From Waterburya sp. (GTDB lineage Bacteria; Cyanobacteriota; Cyanobacteriia; Cyanobacteriales; Xenococcaceae): a stretch of DNA of 64,000 nucleotides. Below, one piece after another: positions 63,604 to 64,000 of the stretch (its first letter is position 1; each line of letters begins with the position of its first letter). The notes beneath the pieces were generated by a model that saw nothing but the letters and a program-made list of their open reading frames with translations, made no database searches and had not been told where the DNA came from. The stretch spans positions 704,001-768,000 of the forward strand of contig CBDCJV010000002.1 in the NCBI GenBank assembly GCA_965217895.1. Reading direction: 5' to 3'. The translations under genes and the position numbers were made by a program.

Positions 63604-64000
63604 ATGAGAAATCAAATTTGGTATATCGCCTTGCTTATCGGATTAATGTGTCTTATTCGTTTTAGTCTGAGTGTTTTGGGCTATGCTTCACCCCATTGGT
63701 TTATGGAAGAAGTAGGAATATCTTTGTCTGCTAATCCTTAAATGCCATATGCTATTCGCGCTTGGGCGATTAGAGATATAGTAATTTCTATACTTGTAGC
63801 CTTGGCAGATAAGACCACAGTTAAGATGCTTTTGATCGCCTGCGTTGCTATCGATTTTACAGATATTGTTTCTGCTTATTTAAGTGGAGTAGCAGGATTA
63901 TTTGATACAGCAGATGGTTGGTTATTAAAACTAACTTCTACTGCGATCGCTGCCCTATTTTTGGAATTAGTAGCAATTGCACTACTTTCTAAAGATAAAG
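63604..64000 (+). pseudogene. Small membrane protein (DUF4267-like) with an in-frame TAA; runs off the window
   Basis: MRNQIWYIALL…SANP*MPYAIRAWAIRDIV…; stop at 63739-63741, frame open on both sides. Confidence 0.6.

Larger units (their letters stand above)
1..64000. repeat. HIP1 octamer GCGATCGC highly over-represented across the window
   Basis: Dozens of copies, e.g. 1798-1805 and 3036-3043; hallmark of many cyanobacterial genomes. Confidence 0.95.

Noticed and set aside
1..64000. tRNA or rRNA genes
   Set aside because: No cloverleaf/T-loop or rRNA signature recognised by eye.

Overview
Cyanobacterial chromosomal window: dense HIP1 GCGATCGC octamers, psb30, btpA and low GC; a Pleurocapsales-like origin is plausible but is inference. 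Most of it is housekeeping: trmFO, thrC, rimO-crhR, btpA, VKOR, murJ, eda, truB, pepP, the Mrp antiporter cluster, argF, vte4-hppD and aspS. Intergenic regions carry many MITE-like and nested palindromic repeats, and several genes are broken (PAS/histidine kinase, GGDEF-EAL, an MNT-HEPN toxin-antitoxin pair, TetR, an ISKra4-like transposase, a DUF4267-like gene). The most interesting part is a ~10 kb nitrogen-scavenging island at 45.5-55.8 kb. It holds a partial Nit1C cluster (flavin oxidoreductase, sll0783-like, nitrilase, radical SAM, GNAT), followed by a cynS-ureA-ureB-ureC-MOSC operon behind tandem NtcA-type boxes. The UreC keeps all metal ligands but has a remodelled substrate-pocket loop, and there are no accessory ureDEFG genes in the window. 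This suggests a urease paralogue with a different substrate. That function is a hypothesis, not something the sequence shows.
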